Shown piece after piece: positions 17,197 through 25,443 of a stretch of 41,211 nucleotides of DNA; the stretch's first letter is position 1; each line of letters begins with the position of its first letter. The position numbers and the translations under genes are program-made. Source of the DNA: a virus (taxonomy: Duplodnaviria; Heunggongvirae; Uroviricota; Caudoviricetes); the IMG/VR virus record IMGVR_UViG_2698536518_000008, positions 1 through 41,211 of that record; one strand, written 5' to 3'. Under the pieces are notes generated by a model, which did no database searches, was not told where the DNA came from, and saw only the letters and a list, made by a program, of their open reading frames with translations.

Positions 17197-17410
17197 TATC
17201 TGCACAACAGGTAAGGGCATTTTCAGAGTTCGACTCTCTGGGTGGGTATTCGTGCCGACACGCGAGACGTGAGTGCTCTTTCCGTTGTGGTGAATTGTAA
17301 AGTCAGAGGACGTGATGTTAGGCGTAATCTGGAATTAGCCACCAGACACCACTATCTCAAATACCTACCAGGACCATAAGAGCGAAAGCTCAACGCACTA
17401 CCCTCATCTT

Positions 17411-17434
17411 GCCAGCATCGCCGCTGGCTTTTTT
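17411..17434 (+). terminator. Intrinsic terminator
   Basis: GCCAGC-atcgcc-GCTGGC followed by TTTTTT. Confidence 0.55.
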
Positions 17435-17511
17435 AAAGCGCATTACCACCAAGAACCAGACCCAACCAACTCATTGCTGAATATCTGTGGCTACGGTGAT
17501 TAGTGCGCTTC

Positions 17512-17539
17512 AAAAAAGAAAACCCAGCACATGGCTGGG
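17512..17539 (-). terminator. Minus-strand intrinsic terminator with no upstream minus-strand CDS
   Basis: Plus-strand AAAAAAGAAAA-CCCAGC-acatg-GCTGGG; U-tract follows the hairpin only on the minus strand. Confidence 0.45.
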
Positions 17540-17774
17540 CTTCGTGAAGATGGGCGGCAAGAGAACTGAATACTCGTCACCCGGAATGGTGCCTACGTAC
17601 CTGCGAAAGTCGAATTGATGTCTGGTTGCAGATGGCAGAAGCCATGCTGTACTTACCAATGTGTGATGTATTCGATAAAAAAGCTGATCGATTCCGGTTG
17701 CAAAGTTGCGCGGGGATTGCTTGAATTCAGCTATGCTCGCGAAGCTACACCCGCAGCGATAGATAAAAATTAAT

Positions 17775-17803
17775 AACCCGCCGATGAGCGGGTTTTCTTT
17801 TTT
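17775..17803. terminator. Bidirectional-looking intrinsic terminator upstream of the kinase cassette
   Basis: AACCCGC-cgatga-GCGGGTT followed by TTCTTTTTT and preceded by A-rich run. Confidence 0.55.
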
Positions 17804-17825
17804 GAGGTGTATTTAAGCTGCTGCA

Positions 17826-17893
17826 GGGTGTAGATAGATTTCTTTGGAAAATTAAACCTATTGATATGGTGTGGTTTTTCTTTTGGGTGTAGA
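17826..17893. repeat. Direct repeats GGGTGTAGAT upstream of kinase gene (candidate regulator sites/promoter region)
   Basis: GGGTGTAGAT at 17826-17835 and 17884-17893, related GGTGTAT at 17804-17810 and GGTGTGG at 17868; AT-rich surroundings with TTGATA hexamer at 17861. Confidence 0.35.
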
Positions 17894-17925
17894 TTTTGCT
17901 CATGAGAATTTTATGTGAGTAAGCT

Positions 17926-18708
17926 ATGGAACCCAGGGGTAATTACCTTATAAAACCATTGAGAGATCTAGGTTTTGGTGCTTTTGGTCGTGTGGAAAAG
18001 GTTGAGGTATATAACACCGATAGCCATCTTTGTGGTGAGTATGCAAGGAAAGTTCTTTCAGTTAATCCTGCGTTATTAAATGAATATTTTAGTGTAGATG
18101 ACTGGAAGCGTCGGTTTAAGCGTGAAGTCGACTACCAAGCCAAGTGCAATCATGATCATGTTGTAAGAATTTGCATACATCATTTAAGCATAGAAAACCC
18201 TTGGTTTGTGATGGAGTTGGCAGAAACAGACCTAAGAAGCGAACTAAAAGCGGGCGTTCTTTCTGATGATGAAAAGCTGTTAGCCCTGAAGATGGTGTTT
18301 GAAGGCGTTAAGTATATCCATGACGCTGGGTTGCTTCACAGGGATCTGAAACCTGAGAATATCCTCAAGTTTGAAGGAGGCTGTTACAAAATTTCCGATT
18401 TCGGCCTAATCAAAAGTATGGATTCGAAAGCCCAATCTGATTTTTTGTCAGGTGTACTTCAAAACAAAAAAATGGGTATTGGCACTGCTAAGTACATGTC
18501 TGACGAGGCTAAACGCGGAGTATATACACAGAAATCAGATATTTACGCGCTAGGTGTTATTACTAGTGAAATGAATCTATCTCATATTGACGGTATAACG
18601 ACATTAATCGATAAATCAGCGGCATTTACGCCTCGTTCAAGGTACGATTCTGTCACTGAGATGATAGACATTCTTGATGATATTGTTGCAGCAAGGAGAG
18701 GCAAATGA
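17926..18708 (+). CDS. Hanks-type (eukaryotic-like) Ser/Thr protein kinase, catalytic domain only
   Basis: 260 aa; Gly-loop GFGAFG (aa 16-21), catalytic Lys in YARKV (K42), HRDLKPEN catalytic loop (aa 138-145, nt 18337-18360), DFG (158-160), SDIYALG subdomain IX; AT-rich codon usage unlike flanking phage genes. Confidence 0.85.
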   Translation: MEPRGNYLIKPLRDLGFGAFGRVEKVEVYNTDSHLCGEYARKVLSVNPALLNEYFSVDDWKRRFKREVDYQAKCNHDHVVRICIHHLSIENPWFVMELAETDLRSELKAGVLSDDEKLLALKMVFEGVKYIHDAGLLHRDLKPENILKFEGGCYKISDFGLIKSMDSKAQSDFLSGVLQNKKMGIGTAKYMSDEAKRGVYTQKSDIYALGVITSEMNLSHIDGITTLIDKSAAFTPRSRYDSVTEMIDILDDIVAARRGK

Positions 18709-19496
18709 TTGAGTTGTTGAGCTGTGGTGCATTTTCATGCCCCAAAGATCATGGTCGTGAAAACCAAGATGCGTTACTACTCCCGCAACAATGTGATGAT
18801 GGCTTCATTTTTGCTATTGCTGATGGTGTCGGGTCTTATGCTGGTGCTAAAGAAGCAGCGCAAGCTGCAGTAGACTATGTCGCAACTCATAAACTGAAAG
18901 CCAGTTCTGATCCTGATGCGATACTTAGTGGTGCAAAAGACAAAATATCTGAACTATCTCAGTTCGATTCAGAGAAGCGCAAGGCCGCAACAACATTATC
19001 CTACTGTGTTGTACATGGTGAGTTACTTAATGTAATCCATGTAGGCGATACTCGGGTGTATGTAAAAATTGATAACAAATTAAAACTACTAACGAAAGAT
19101 CACTCACAGCATCAAGAGTTGCTCGACGATGGGTTATATACGAAAAGGGAATTGGAAGACTTACCAGGAAAGAACATGCTTACTGCAGCTATTTCTAAAG
19201 TCCTGCCAATAAAATTTCAGCATATTTCGTTACCCCTGTCAGATTTGATGGACCATGACGGTGTTGTTTCTCTTTTTCTGATGTCCGATGGAGCCCATCA
19301 CTTCTGGGAACGCCGCCCGCGTTTTTCTCCCAATACATTGAAGAATGCTACTAACTTTTCAACCAATCTTTTTAAGCGGATACAGCGCGCTGGACCAACT
19401 GACGATCATTCACTGATTGCTGTGAATTTAAAGATAAGCCTGAAAAATGAAGAATCACTTAACCCATTTAAACTACATAAGCCATTGGGTAATTGA
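18705..19496 (+). CDS. PP2C/PPM-family Ser/Thr protein phosphatase
   Basis: 263 aa; metal-binding motifs FAIADGVGSYAGA, HVGDTRVY, KDHSQ and LMSDGAHH typical of PPM phosphatases; ATGA overlap with kinase stop. Confidence 0.8.
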   Translation: MIELLSCGAFSCPKDHGRENQDALLLPQQCDDGFIFAIADGVGSYAGAKEAAQAAVDYVATHKLKASSDPDAILSGAKDKISELSQFDSEKRKAATTLSYCVVHGELLNVIHVGDTRVYVKIDNKLKLLTKDHSQHQELLDDGLYTKRELEDLPGKNMLTAAISKVLPIKFQHISLPLSDLMDHDGVVSLFLMSDGAHHFWERRPRFSPNTLKNATNFSTNLFKRIQRAGPTDDHSLIAVNLKISLKNEESLNPFKLHKPLGN

Positions 19497-19640
19497 TGCA
19501 ACTACAGTGCTGGCTCAATCTTAAACGGCCATCACAACCACAGGCGTCTGACCATAGGTGATGACATTTGCCATAACGGTGAAGCGGAAGTTTTAGAAGG
19601 ACCTCTCGCTCCACCTATATAAACAAGTTAACTCACTTCG

Positions 19641-19665
19641 AGGCTGCCAACTGGTGGCCTTTTTC
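19641..19665 (+). terminator. Intrinsic terminator downstream of phosphatase gene
   Basis: AGGCUGCC-aacu-GGUGGCCU stem (two G-U pairs) followed by TTTTCATTTC. Confidence 0.45.
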
Positions 19666-19775
19666 ATTTCAGGCTCACGGGAATCAATTACTACGTGCTT
19701 TGTTGATAAATCCAGCCCGTGAAGCCTGACCTTATCATCACACACAGCGCCATCCGAAAAATCGGAGGTGAGGCT

Positions 19776-20054
19776 ATGACCAGAATGAGCACCATTTACA
19801 GCAGACTTTCATATGGAACAGGAACCACGCTGACCGGCTGCGGTGTATCAGCGAAGGCATATGCCGAAACAGCTAAAACAGCAAAAGAGGTGTCCTGGAT
19901 GTTGGCCGACAGAATTGCAGGGTTAAGCCTGAGCGACTGGGCAATTATTGTCGGTATCGCATGTACGGTAATCACCTGTGCAGTGAACTGGTATTTCCGC
20001 TGGAAAGAACGGGAGGATCGGCGCAATGGGTATGCCACCAAAGCTGAGGAATAA
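19776..20054 (+). CDS. Holin (pinholin-like, S21-type) with dual-start motif
   Basis: Track ORF 19719..20054; probable start ATG 19776 after GGAGGTGAGG SD; begins M-T-R-M (two Met codons flanking Arg, classic holin/antiholin dual start); hydrophobic helix IIVGIACTVITCAVNWYF and charged C-tail RWKEREDRR. Confidence 0.65.
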   Translation: MTRMSTIYSRLSYGTGTTLTGCGVSAKAYAETAKTAKEVSWMLADRIAGLSLSDWAIIVGIACTVITCAVNWYFRWKEREDRRNGYATKAEE

Positions 20055-20574
20055 GCTGAGCGCAGCGGTCGTTGGTTTGATTCTTGCCGGGGCATCCGCG
20101 CCAGTTATTCTCGATCAGTTTCTGGATGAGAAGGAGGGTAATAGCGAGCAGGCGTATCGAGACGGCGGTGGGCTCTGGACGATTTGCCGTGGCGCCACGA
20201 TGGTTGATGGCAAGCCGGTAGTTCAGGGTATGAAGTTGTCAGCTGAGAAATGTGCCCAGGTGAATGCCATTGAACGCGACAAGGCGCTGGCGTGGGTTGA
20301 CCGAAATATCAAAGTACCACTGACCGAACCACAGAAAGCCGGGATCGCATCTTTCTGCCCCTATAACATCGGCCCCGGGAAATGTTTCCCGTCTACGTTC
20401 TATAAGCGAATTAATGCTGGCGACCGTAAAGGCGCATGTGAAGCTATTCGCTGGTGGATTAAAGATGGTGGCCGCGACTGTCGTCTGACCAAAGGCCAGA
20501 AAAATGGGTGCTATGGTCAGGTAGAGCGACGAGACCAGGAAAGCGCGTTAACGTGCTGGGGGATAGACCAGTGA
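20026..20574 (+). CDS. SAR endolysin (phage lysozyme, R21-like)
   Basis: 182 aa; N-terminal signal-anchor-release segment LSAAVVGLILAGASAPVI followed by lysozyme E..D..T catalytic region; overall resemblance to phage 21 R; start may be ATG 20032. Confidence 0.85.
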   Translation: MGMPPKLRNKLSAAVVGLILAGASAPVILDQFLDEKEGNSEQAYRDGGGLWTICRGATMVDGKPVVQGMKLSAEKCAQVNAIERDKALAWVDRNIKVPLTEPQKAGIASFCPYNIGPGKCFPSTFYKRINAGDRKGACEAIRWWIKDGGRDCRLTKGQKNGCYGQVERRDQESALTCWGIDQ

Positions 20575-21098
20575 GGGCTTACTGGAAGCCGCTGGCAGAA
20601 ATACTGCTGGTGGCTTTTTTGTTATGCGCGGTCGCGTACTGGTGTTATTCACGCGGGTATCAGGAGGCGGACTCATCCTGGAAATTGCAGTGGGCACAAC
20701 GTGACCTTACTGATGCGACCACTACATTGCAGCGTGAAGTAACCGAAAGAGCAGAAGAGCAGCGCCGCCAGCGGGCCGTAGATGAAGAACGAGAGAAAGC
20801 CGATGAAGAACTGGCAAAAGTACAGGCTGATGCTAACGCTGCTAAGCGTGCTCGCAGTGGGTTGCAACAGCAGCTCGCCGAAATACAACGGCAGCTCGCA
20901 ACAAGTGAAACAGGCAGAATTTCCGCAATTGCAGCAACAAGCCAGGCAAAAGCCGAGGCCGGAATATTGCTCGCCCAGTTGCTCAGCGAAGCTGACGATC
21001 TGGCGGGAAAATTCGCAAAAGAGGCTGATGAGCGTTATGTCGCCGGAAATACCTGTGAGCGCACCTACGACAAAGTAATAAGGCGCCATGATGAATAA
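20508..21098 (+). CDS. Rz: Rz-like i-spanin
   Basis: N-terminal TM helix LAEILLVAFLLCAVAYWCY then long coiled-coil periplasmic domain; possible real start GTG 20571 overlapping endolysin stop. Confidence 0.7.
   Translation: MLWSGRATRPGKRVNVLGDRPVRAYWKPLAEILLVAFLLCAVAYWCYSRGYQEADSSWKLQWAQRDLTDATTTLQREVTERAEEQRRQRAVDEEREKADEELAKVQADANAAKRARSGLQQQLAEIQRQLATSETGRISAIAATSQAKAEAGILLAQLLSEADDLAGKFAKEADERYVAGNTCERTYDKVIRRHDE
20803..21078 (+). CDS. Rz1: Rz1-like o-spanin lipoprotein embedded in Rz (+1 frame)
   Basis: ORF wholly inside Rz in another frame; lipobox LAVGC after hydrophobic signal (LMLTLLSVLAVGC); track ORF 20782..21078, start choice uncertain. Confidence 0.5.
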   Translation: MKNWQKYRLMLTLLSVLAVGCNSSSPKYNGSSQQVKQAEFPQLQQQARQKPRPEYCSPSCSAKLTIWRENSQKRLMSVMSPEIPVSAPTTK

Positions 21099-21099
21099 T

Positions 21100-21115
21100 G
21101 CCCGCATTTGCGGGC
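21100..21115. terminator. Hairpin between convergent Rz and minus-strand moron gene
   Basis: GCCCGC-attt-GCGGGC flanked by A/T-rich sequence on both sides. Confidence 0.45.
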
Positions 21116-21123
21116 ATTAACGT

Positions 21124-21684
21124 TTAACGATTTTCTGGATGCACTCTCGCGTTGAGTGTATCGATAAAATCATGTTTAGTAATGCCCACATTGTGAACCC
21201 AATTCTTAGCTCTGGCAGGAAGGAAAACTTCAAGCATACGTTGGTAAATTGCAACAGAGGGCATGTGAGAGTTCCGGGTGAGATCGTCTTTGCCGCTAAA
21301 CCGTCCCATTCGTTTCAATAAACTACCAATCAAAAGAAACTTTGATTCGTTGTTACCGTCAAATCCGGGGAATGTGAGTGATAATTTCTCATCGAAATTA
21401 CGAATAGATTTGGCAACCTCTGCTTTGTCTTCCGCACTGAATCGTTCGTATGTGTATTGGAGAATGTCATACATATCATAGGTATCAACGAAAAGCTGGA
21501 CTTCCCAGGGGGTCTCCTCTTCTTCATCTTGAAGGCCTGGGTATTCCCAGGATAAAGCCCAGTAGTTATCCGTGCTCACTGCTTCGTCAATGAGGTCAGG
21601 ATCAAATGAGTTTTCAATTTCTAATGCTCGGTGAATATCACTGAGCATCATGATCTGTAGTTTTTCTTGCTGTGAGTATTTCAT
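21124..21684 (-). CDS. Opposite-strand AT-rich moron protein, tentatively YfbU-like (UPF0304)
   Basis: 186 aa; AT-rich; only minus-strand gene in the late region; segments TYDMYDIL, LTFPGFDG and YQRMLEVF recall E. coli YfbU as I remember it (unverified). Confidence 0.45.
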   Translation of the reverse strand: MKYSQQEKLQIMMLSDIHRALEIENSFDPDLIDEAVSTDNYWALSWEYPGLQDEEEETPWEVQLFVDTYDMYDILQYTYERFSAEDKAEVAKSIRNFDEKLSLTFPGFDGNNESKFLLIGSLLKRMGRFSGKDDLTRNSHMPSVAIYQRMLEVFLPARAKNWVHNVGITKHDFIDTLNARVHPENR

Positions 21685-21771
21685 TCTAAATTCCTTGAAT
21701 TAATAGAGCGTTGATACTGCGTTATCAAAGATACATCTGATTAAATAGTTTTCAAGAAACTGAGGGTTAAA

Positions 21772-22770
21772 ATGGCAAAACCGGACTGGGGATCACTGCA
21801 ACACCAGTTCCTCGCCGAGCATGCTAAATCCGGTATTTCCCCCAAAGACTGGTGTGAAGCGCGGGGGCTGAATTACACATCTGCGCGGCGCTATATCAAA
21901 AAGCCAACTGCGCAAAAAAATGCGCAGAAGAAAGTGCGCAATGCGCAGACTGAACAAGCCCCTACCACTGCGCAGTATGAGCAATCCTCAACTGATGCGC
22001 AGACCGATATACAGGAAAGTGCGCAACCCTTCAACCTGCGCAATTACGGCCTTAACGATATGCAGATCAGGTTTGTCGAAGAGTATCTTCTCGATCTGAA
22101 CAGGACCGCTGCATACAAGCGAGCTGGCTATAAAGGTGAAGGAAATACGGCTTACGTTAACGCCTCGCGCCTGCTAAGAAATGCTAAGGTCAGCCAGGCA
22201 ATCCGCGACGCGCTGGACGAACGCTCGCGAAGAGTGAAGATAACGCAGGACGAAGTGTTGAAATGGTGGTGGGACATTGCGACGGCAGACGCTACGCAAC
22301 TTACTGAACATCACCGCGGCTGTTGCCGTTACTGCTGGGGACTCGGTTTTAACTACCAGTGGCGCGATGCAGTTGAGTTTGAGGAAGCGGAAGAAAAGGT
22401 TAAGGGGAAGGAAGGTGCCATGCAGCCTAAGGATACGGGCGGCTACGGCTACGACGGCACACTGGACCCGAACCCGGATTGCCCCCGCTGCAATGGCGTT
22501 GGTCTGAGCCGTCCTGTTTTCCACGATACACGAGATTTGAAGGGCGCAGAACGCCGCCTTTTTGCCGGGATTAAAGAGGGCAAATTTGGCCTTGAAATGA
22601 TCACCCGCAATCAGGATGAGGCTATGAAGATGGTCGCACAACACCTCGGCATGCTGAAAACCAAAACTGAGTTAAGCGGCCCGAATGGTGAGCCCATACA
22701 GCATAATCACACAGTAAGCGCGGAGGATCTGACTGATGAGCAGCTCGCCGCAATTATCGCTGGTAAGTAA
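21772..22770 (+). CDS. Terminase small subunit
   Basis: 332 aa; N-terminal HTH-like region, gene immediately upstream of and overlapping terminase large subunit. Confidence 0.65.
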   Translation: MAKPDWGSLQHQFLAEHAKSGISPKDWCEARGLNYTSARRYIKKPTAQKNAQKKVRNAQTEQAPTTAQYEQSSTDAQTDIQESAQPFNLRNYGLNDMQIRFVEEYLLDLNRTAAYKRAGYKGEGNTAYVNASRLLRNAKVSQAIRDALDERSRRVKITQDEVLKWWWDIATADATQLTEHHRGCCRYCWGLGFNYQWRDAVEFEEAEEKVKGKEGAMQPKDTGGYGYDGTLDPNPDCPRCNGVGLSRPVFHDTRDLKGAERRLFAGIKEGKFGLEMITRNQDEAMKMVAQHLGMLKTKTELSGPNGEPIQHNHTVSAEDLTDEQLAAIIAGK

Positions 22771-24154
22771 GCAGGAAGCAGCGGCCGAGTTACTCAAACG
22801 ACGCAATGCGCGGGCAAGCCTCCACGACTTCATTCAGTACATTAATCCCGAATACATCACCAGCAAGTTCTCTCAGACGGTCTGCGACGCTCTGGATCAG
22901 TTCCTGCTGGATATGATGAACGGGCTGCGCCCGATACTGATTCTCGGTGCGCCGCCGCAGCATGGTAAATCGGATATCGTTTCGCGTTACCTGCCAGCGT
23001 ATTTCTTCGGAAAATATCCTGAAATGCGCGTGGGCGCTTTGTCGTACTCCGCTGACCTTGCCGGGGACATGAACGCCGATGTTCAGCGCATTATGTCCAC
23101 GCCGGAATACCGCAACATATTTCCGGGTGCCTGGTTGGGAAATAAGCCGGCTGATGGTGTGGCCGTAAAGCGTAACACTGACGAATTCGGTATAGCCAAC
23201 CATAAGGGAACGTATGTCTGTGCGGGCGTAGGCGGCCCGTTAACAGGTAAGAAAATCGATCTCGGTATCATCGATGACCCGATAAAAAACGCCAAAGAAG
23301 CACTCAGCCCGACGACCAAAAAATCTATCTGGAACTGGTACGTTTCCACGTTTAAAACGCGTCTGTCGAAAAACAGCGGCGAAATCATCATGGCGACCCG
23401 CTGGGCGACAGATGATTTATCCGGGCGTGTGGTGGAAATCACGCCGCGCGCTAAGGTGCTGGCGTTCCCTGCAATCAACGAGCAGGGTGAAGCGCTGGTG
23501 CCTGAACTGCACCCGAAAGAAAAGCTGCTCGAAACCAAAACCATTCTCGGGGATTACTTCTGGTCTGCGATGTATCAGCAGTCACCAAAACAGGCCGGCG
23601 GCTCAATCTTCAAAGACGAGTGGATCAAGTATTACCTCCCGAAAGACTTGCCGACCAACTTCGATATTGTCGTCCATAGCTGGGATATGACCTTCAAAGA
23701 CAGCGAGGGCACCGACTACGTTGTCGGGCAGGTATGGGGGAAAAAAGGCGCCAATGCTTATCTGCTTCACCAGGTGCGCGCGCGCATGAGCTTTACCGCA
23801 ACACTCAAAGCCGTTAAACGCATGGCCGACGAATACCCCAAAGGCCTGCGCAAGCTGGTGGAGGATAAAGCCAACGGCCCGGCGGTTATTGATTCACTGA
23901 AAAGCACCGTAGCAGGACTCGTTCCCGTTGAACCGGACGGCAGCAAAGTCGCCCGGGCGCATGCGATCACCGCTGTATGGGAAGCAGGTAACGTTTTCCT
24001 TCCCCATAAAGACATCGCACCGTGGATCACTGAGACGGTCGAGGAAATTACCACGTTCCCTGTCGGCGCGAACGATGACGTTGTCGATGCAATGACACAG
24101 GGACTACGCGATTTGTATCAGAGAAAAACACTCAGCCCACTGGACATCATGTAA
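22736..24154 (+). CDS. Terminase large subunit (ATPase/nuclease)
   Basis: 472 aa; Walker A LGAPPQHGKSD, Walker B-like DLGIIDDP, C-terminal nuclease-like region; conserved position before portal. Confidence 0.85.
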   Translation: MSSSPQLSLVSKQEAAAELLKRRNARASLHDFIQYINPEYITSKFSQTVCDALDQFLLDMMNGLRPILILGAPPQHGKSDIVSRYLPAYFFGKYPEMRVGALSYSADLAGDMNADVQRIMSTPEYRNIFPGAWLGNKPADGVAVKRNTDEFGIANHKGTYVCAGVGGPLTGKKIDLGIIDDPIKNAKEALSPTTKKSIWNWYVSTFKTRLSKNSGEIIMATRWATDDLSGRVVEITPRAKVLAFPAINEQGEALVPELHPKEKLLETKTILGDYFWSAMYQQSPKQAGGSIFKDEWIKYYLPKDLPTNFDIVVHSWDMTFKDSEGTDYVVGQVWGKKGANAYLLHQVRARMSFTATLKAVKRMADEYPKGLRKLVEDKANGPAVIDSLKSTVAGLVPVEPDGSKVARAHAITAVWEAGNVFLPHKDIAPWITETVEEITTFPVGANDDVVDAMTQGLRDLYQRKTLSPLDIM

Positions 24155-25443
24155 TGACGAGAAAAAATATCGTTGGTCGTCTGAATGATGGCCTGGTTAG
24201 CTTAATGACTTCGCTCGGCGAGAAGATTGGCGCAGTGCGGTATAGCAGCAGTAAGCCTGACGTACCTGATAAAGAGCTGCTCGCGATGTATAAAAAATCG
24301 TGGGTGGTGAAAAAGTACATCAACAAAACCGCCGACGACATGCTGAAGTTGCCCCGTAAATTTTCGGGCGACGTCGATAGCTCCATAACCAAACGCATCG
24401 CTGACGCTGAAAAAGAACTGAAATTAAACGCAGTCTTTCACAGCGCGCTGGGATGGGCCTCTCTGTTGGGTGACTCGCTAATCGTGGCTATCACGGATTG
24501 TGCTGATGACCAGATAGCCTTGCCGCTCAATTTGCAGAGCGAAGATATCGTTAAATTCCTGGTGTTCCGTAAAGGGGAGTACACGCCGGACAGTAATGTC
24601 ATCACCGACATACGTTCGGACTGTTTTGGTGAGCCGCTGACGTATCAACTTGATGTCGGGACGAAGCAACTCAGGTTTCATCATTCCCGCTGCTGCCGGA
24701 CAAAGCTGGGCAATCACAGCATTAAGGATCGCGCAAAGTTTGGCACGTCAGACCTTCAGGCGCCCTATGAGCATATCAAAACCTTCGACACAGCAATCCT
24801 CAGCACCGGAGACACCATACAGGAGGCAAACGTCGATGTGCTGTTTATCCCCGGCATGAATAACCAGATCGCAGCGGGTCAGGAAGGGCAGGTGCGCGAA
24901 TACGCCAGGGTGATGAAGGAAACTAAATCCTCAACCGGGCTGCTGCTAATTGACGCTGGTGATACAACATCTCAAGGGCGCTATGAGCAGAAAAACGCGC
25001 AATTTACCGGACTGTCGGATGTGATCAGCAAAATGGCGATTGTACTGGCCGGTGCTCTGGACAGGCCCATAACGGTTCTGTTTGGTGAGTCTGCCAGCGG
25101 GTTCAGCAGCGGAGAGGAAGACAATAAATCCTATTACGAGACGATTAACGGACTTCAGGAGTCCCGGCTTCGTCCAATGCAGGATTTCGCCGACCAGTTC
25201 ACGCTGGATAAACTCGCCATAACGGAAAGCCTTACCTACGAATACCCGACAATCGACAGTATTAATGAGGCTGACGAAGCTAACCGGTTTAGCCAGTACG
25301 CCACCGGATTTAATACGCTGGTAACGGGTTCAATCCTGACGGAAGAAGTTGCTATCAGGGAAATGATAAACCGGGGCGTACTGAAGACGGTCACCGAAGC
25401 AGAAATTAAGGCGATTGTCGCAGGGGGTGGCACATGGACCTGA
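24154..25443 (+). CDS. Portal protein (putative)
   Basis: 429 aa; position between TerL and MuF-like head morphogenesis protein; ATGA overlap with TerL. Confidence 0.65.
   Translation: MTRKNIVGRLNDGLVSLMTSLGEKIGAVRYSSSKPDVPDKELLAMYKKSWVVKKYINKTADDMLKLPRKFSGDVDSSITKRIADAEKELKLNAVFHSALGWASLLGDSLIVAITDCADDQIALPLNLQSEDIVKFLVFRKGEYTPDSNVITDIRSDCFGEPLTYQLDVGTKQLRFHHSRCCRTKLGNHSIKDRAKFGTSDLQAPYEHIKTFDTAILSTGDTIQEANVDVLFIPGMNNQIAAGQEGQVREYARVMKETKSSTGLLLIDAGDTTSQGRYEQKNAQFTGLSDVISKMAIVLAGALDRPITVLFGESASGFSSGEEDNKSYYETINGLQESRLRPMQDFADQFTLDKLAITESLTYEYPTIDSINEADEANRFSQYATGFNTLVTGSILTEEVAIREMINRGVLKTVTEAEIKAIVAGGGTWT

Noticed and set aside
17224-17248. tRNA-like T-arm (CAGAG-TTCGACT-CTCTG followed by GGTGGGTA)
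   Set aside because: I could not build a matching acceptor 5' strand, D-arm or anticodon arm upstream; likely a chance hairpin or at most a tRNA fragment, so no tRNA gene is called.
17376-17386. boxA-like CGCTCTTAT on the minus strand
   Set aside because: Lies in the late non-coding region on the strand not transcribed by any early promoter; probably chance.
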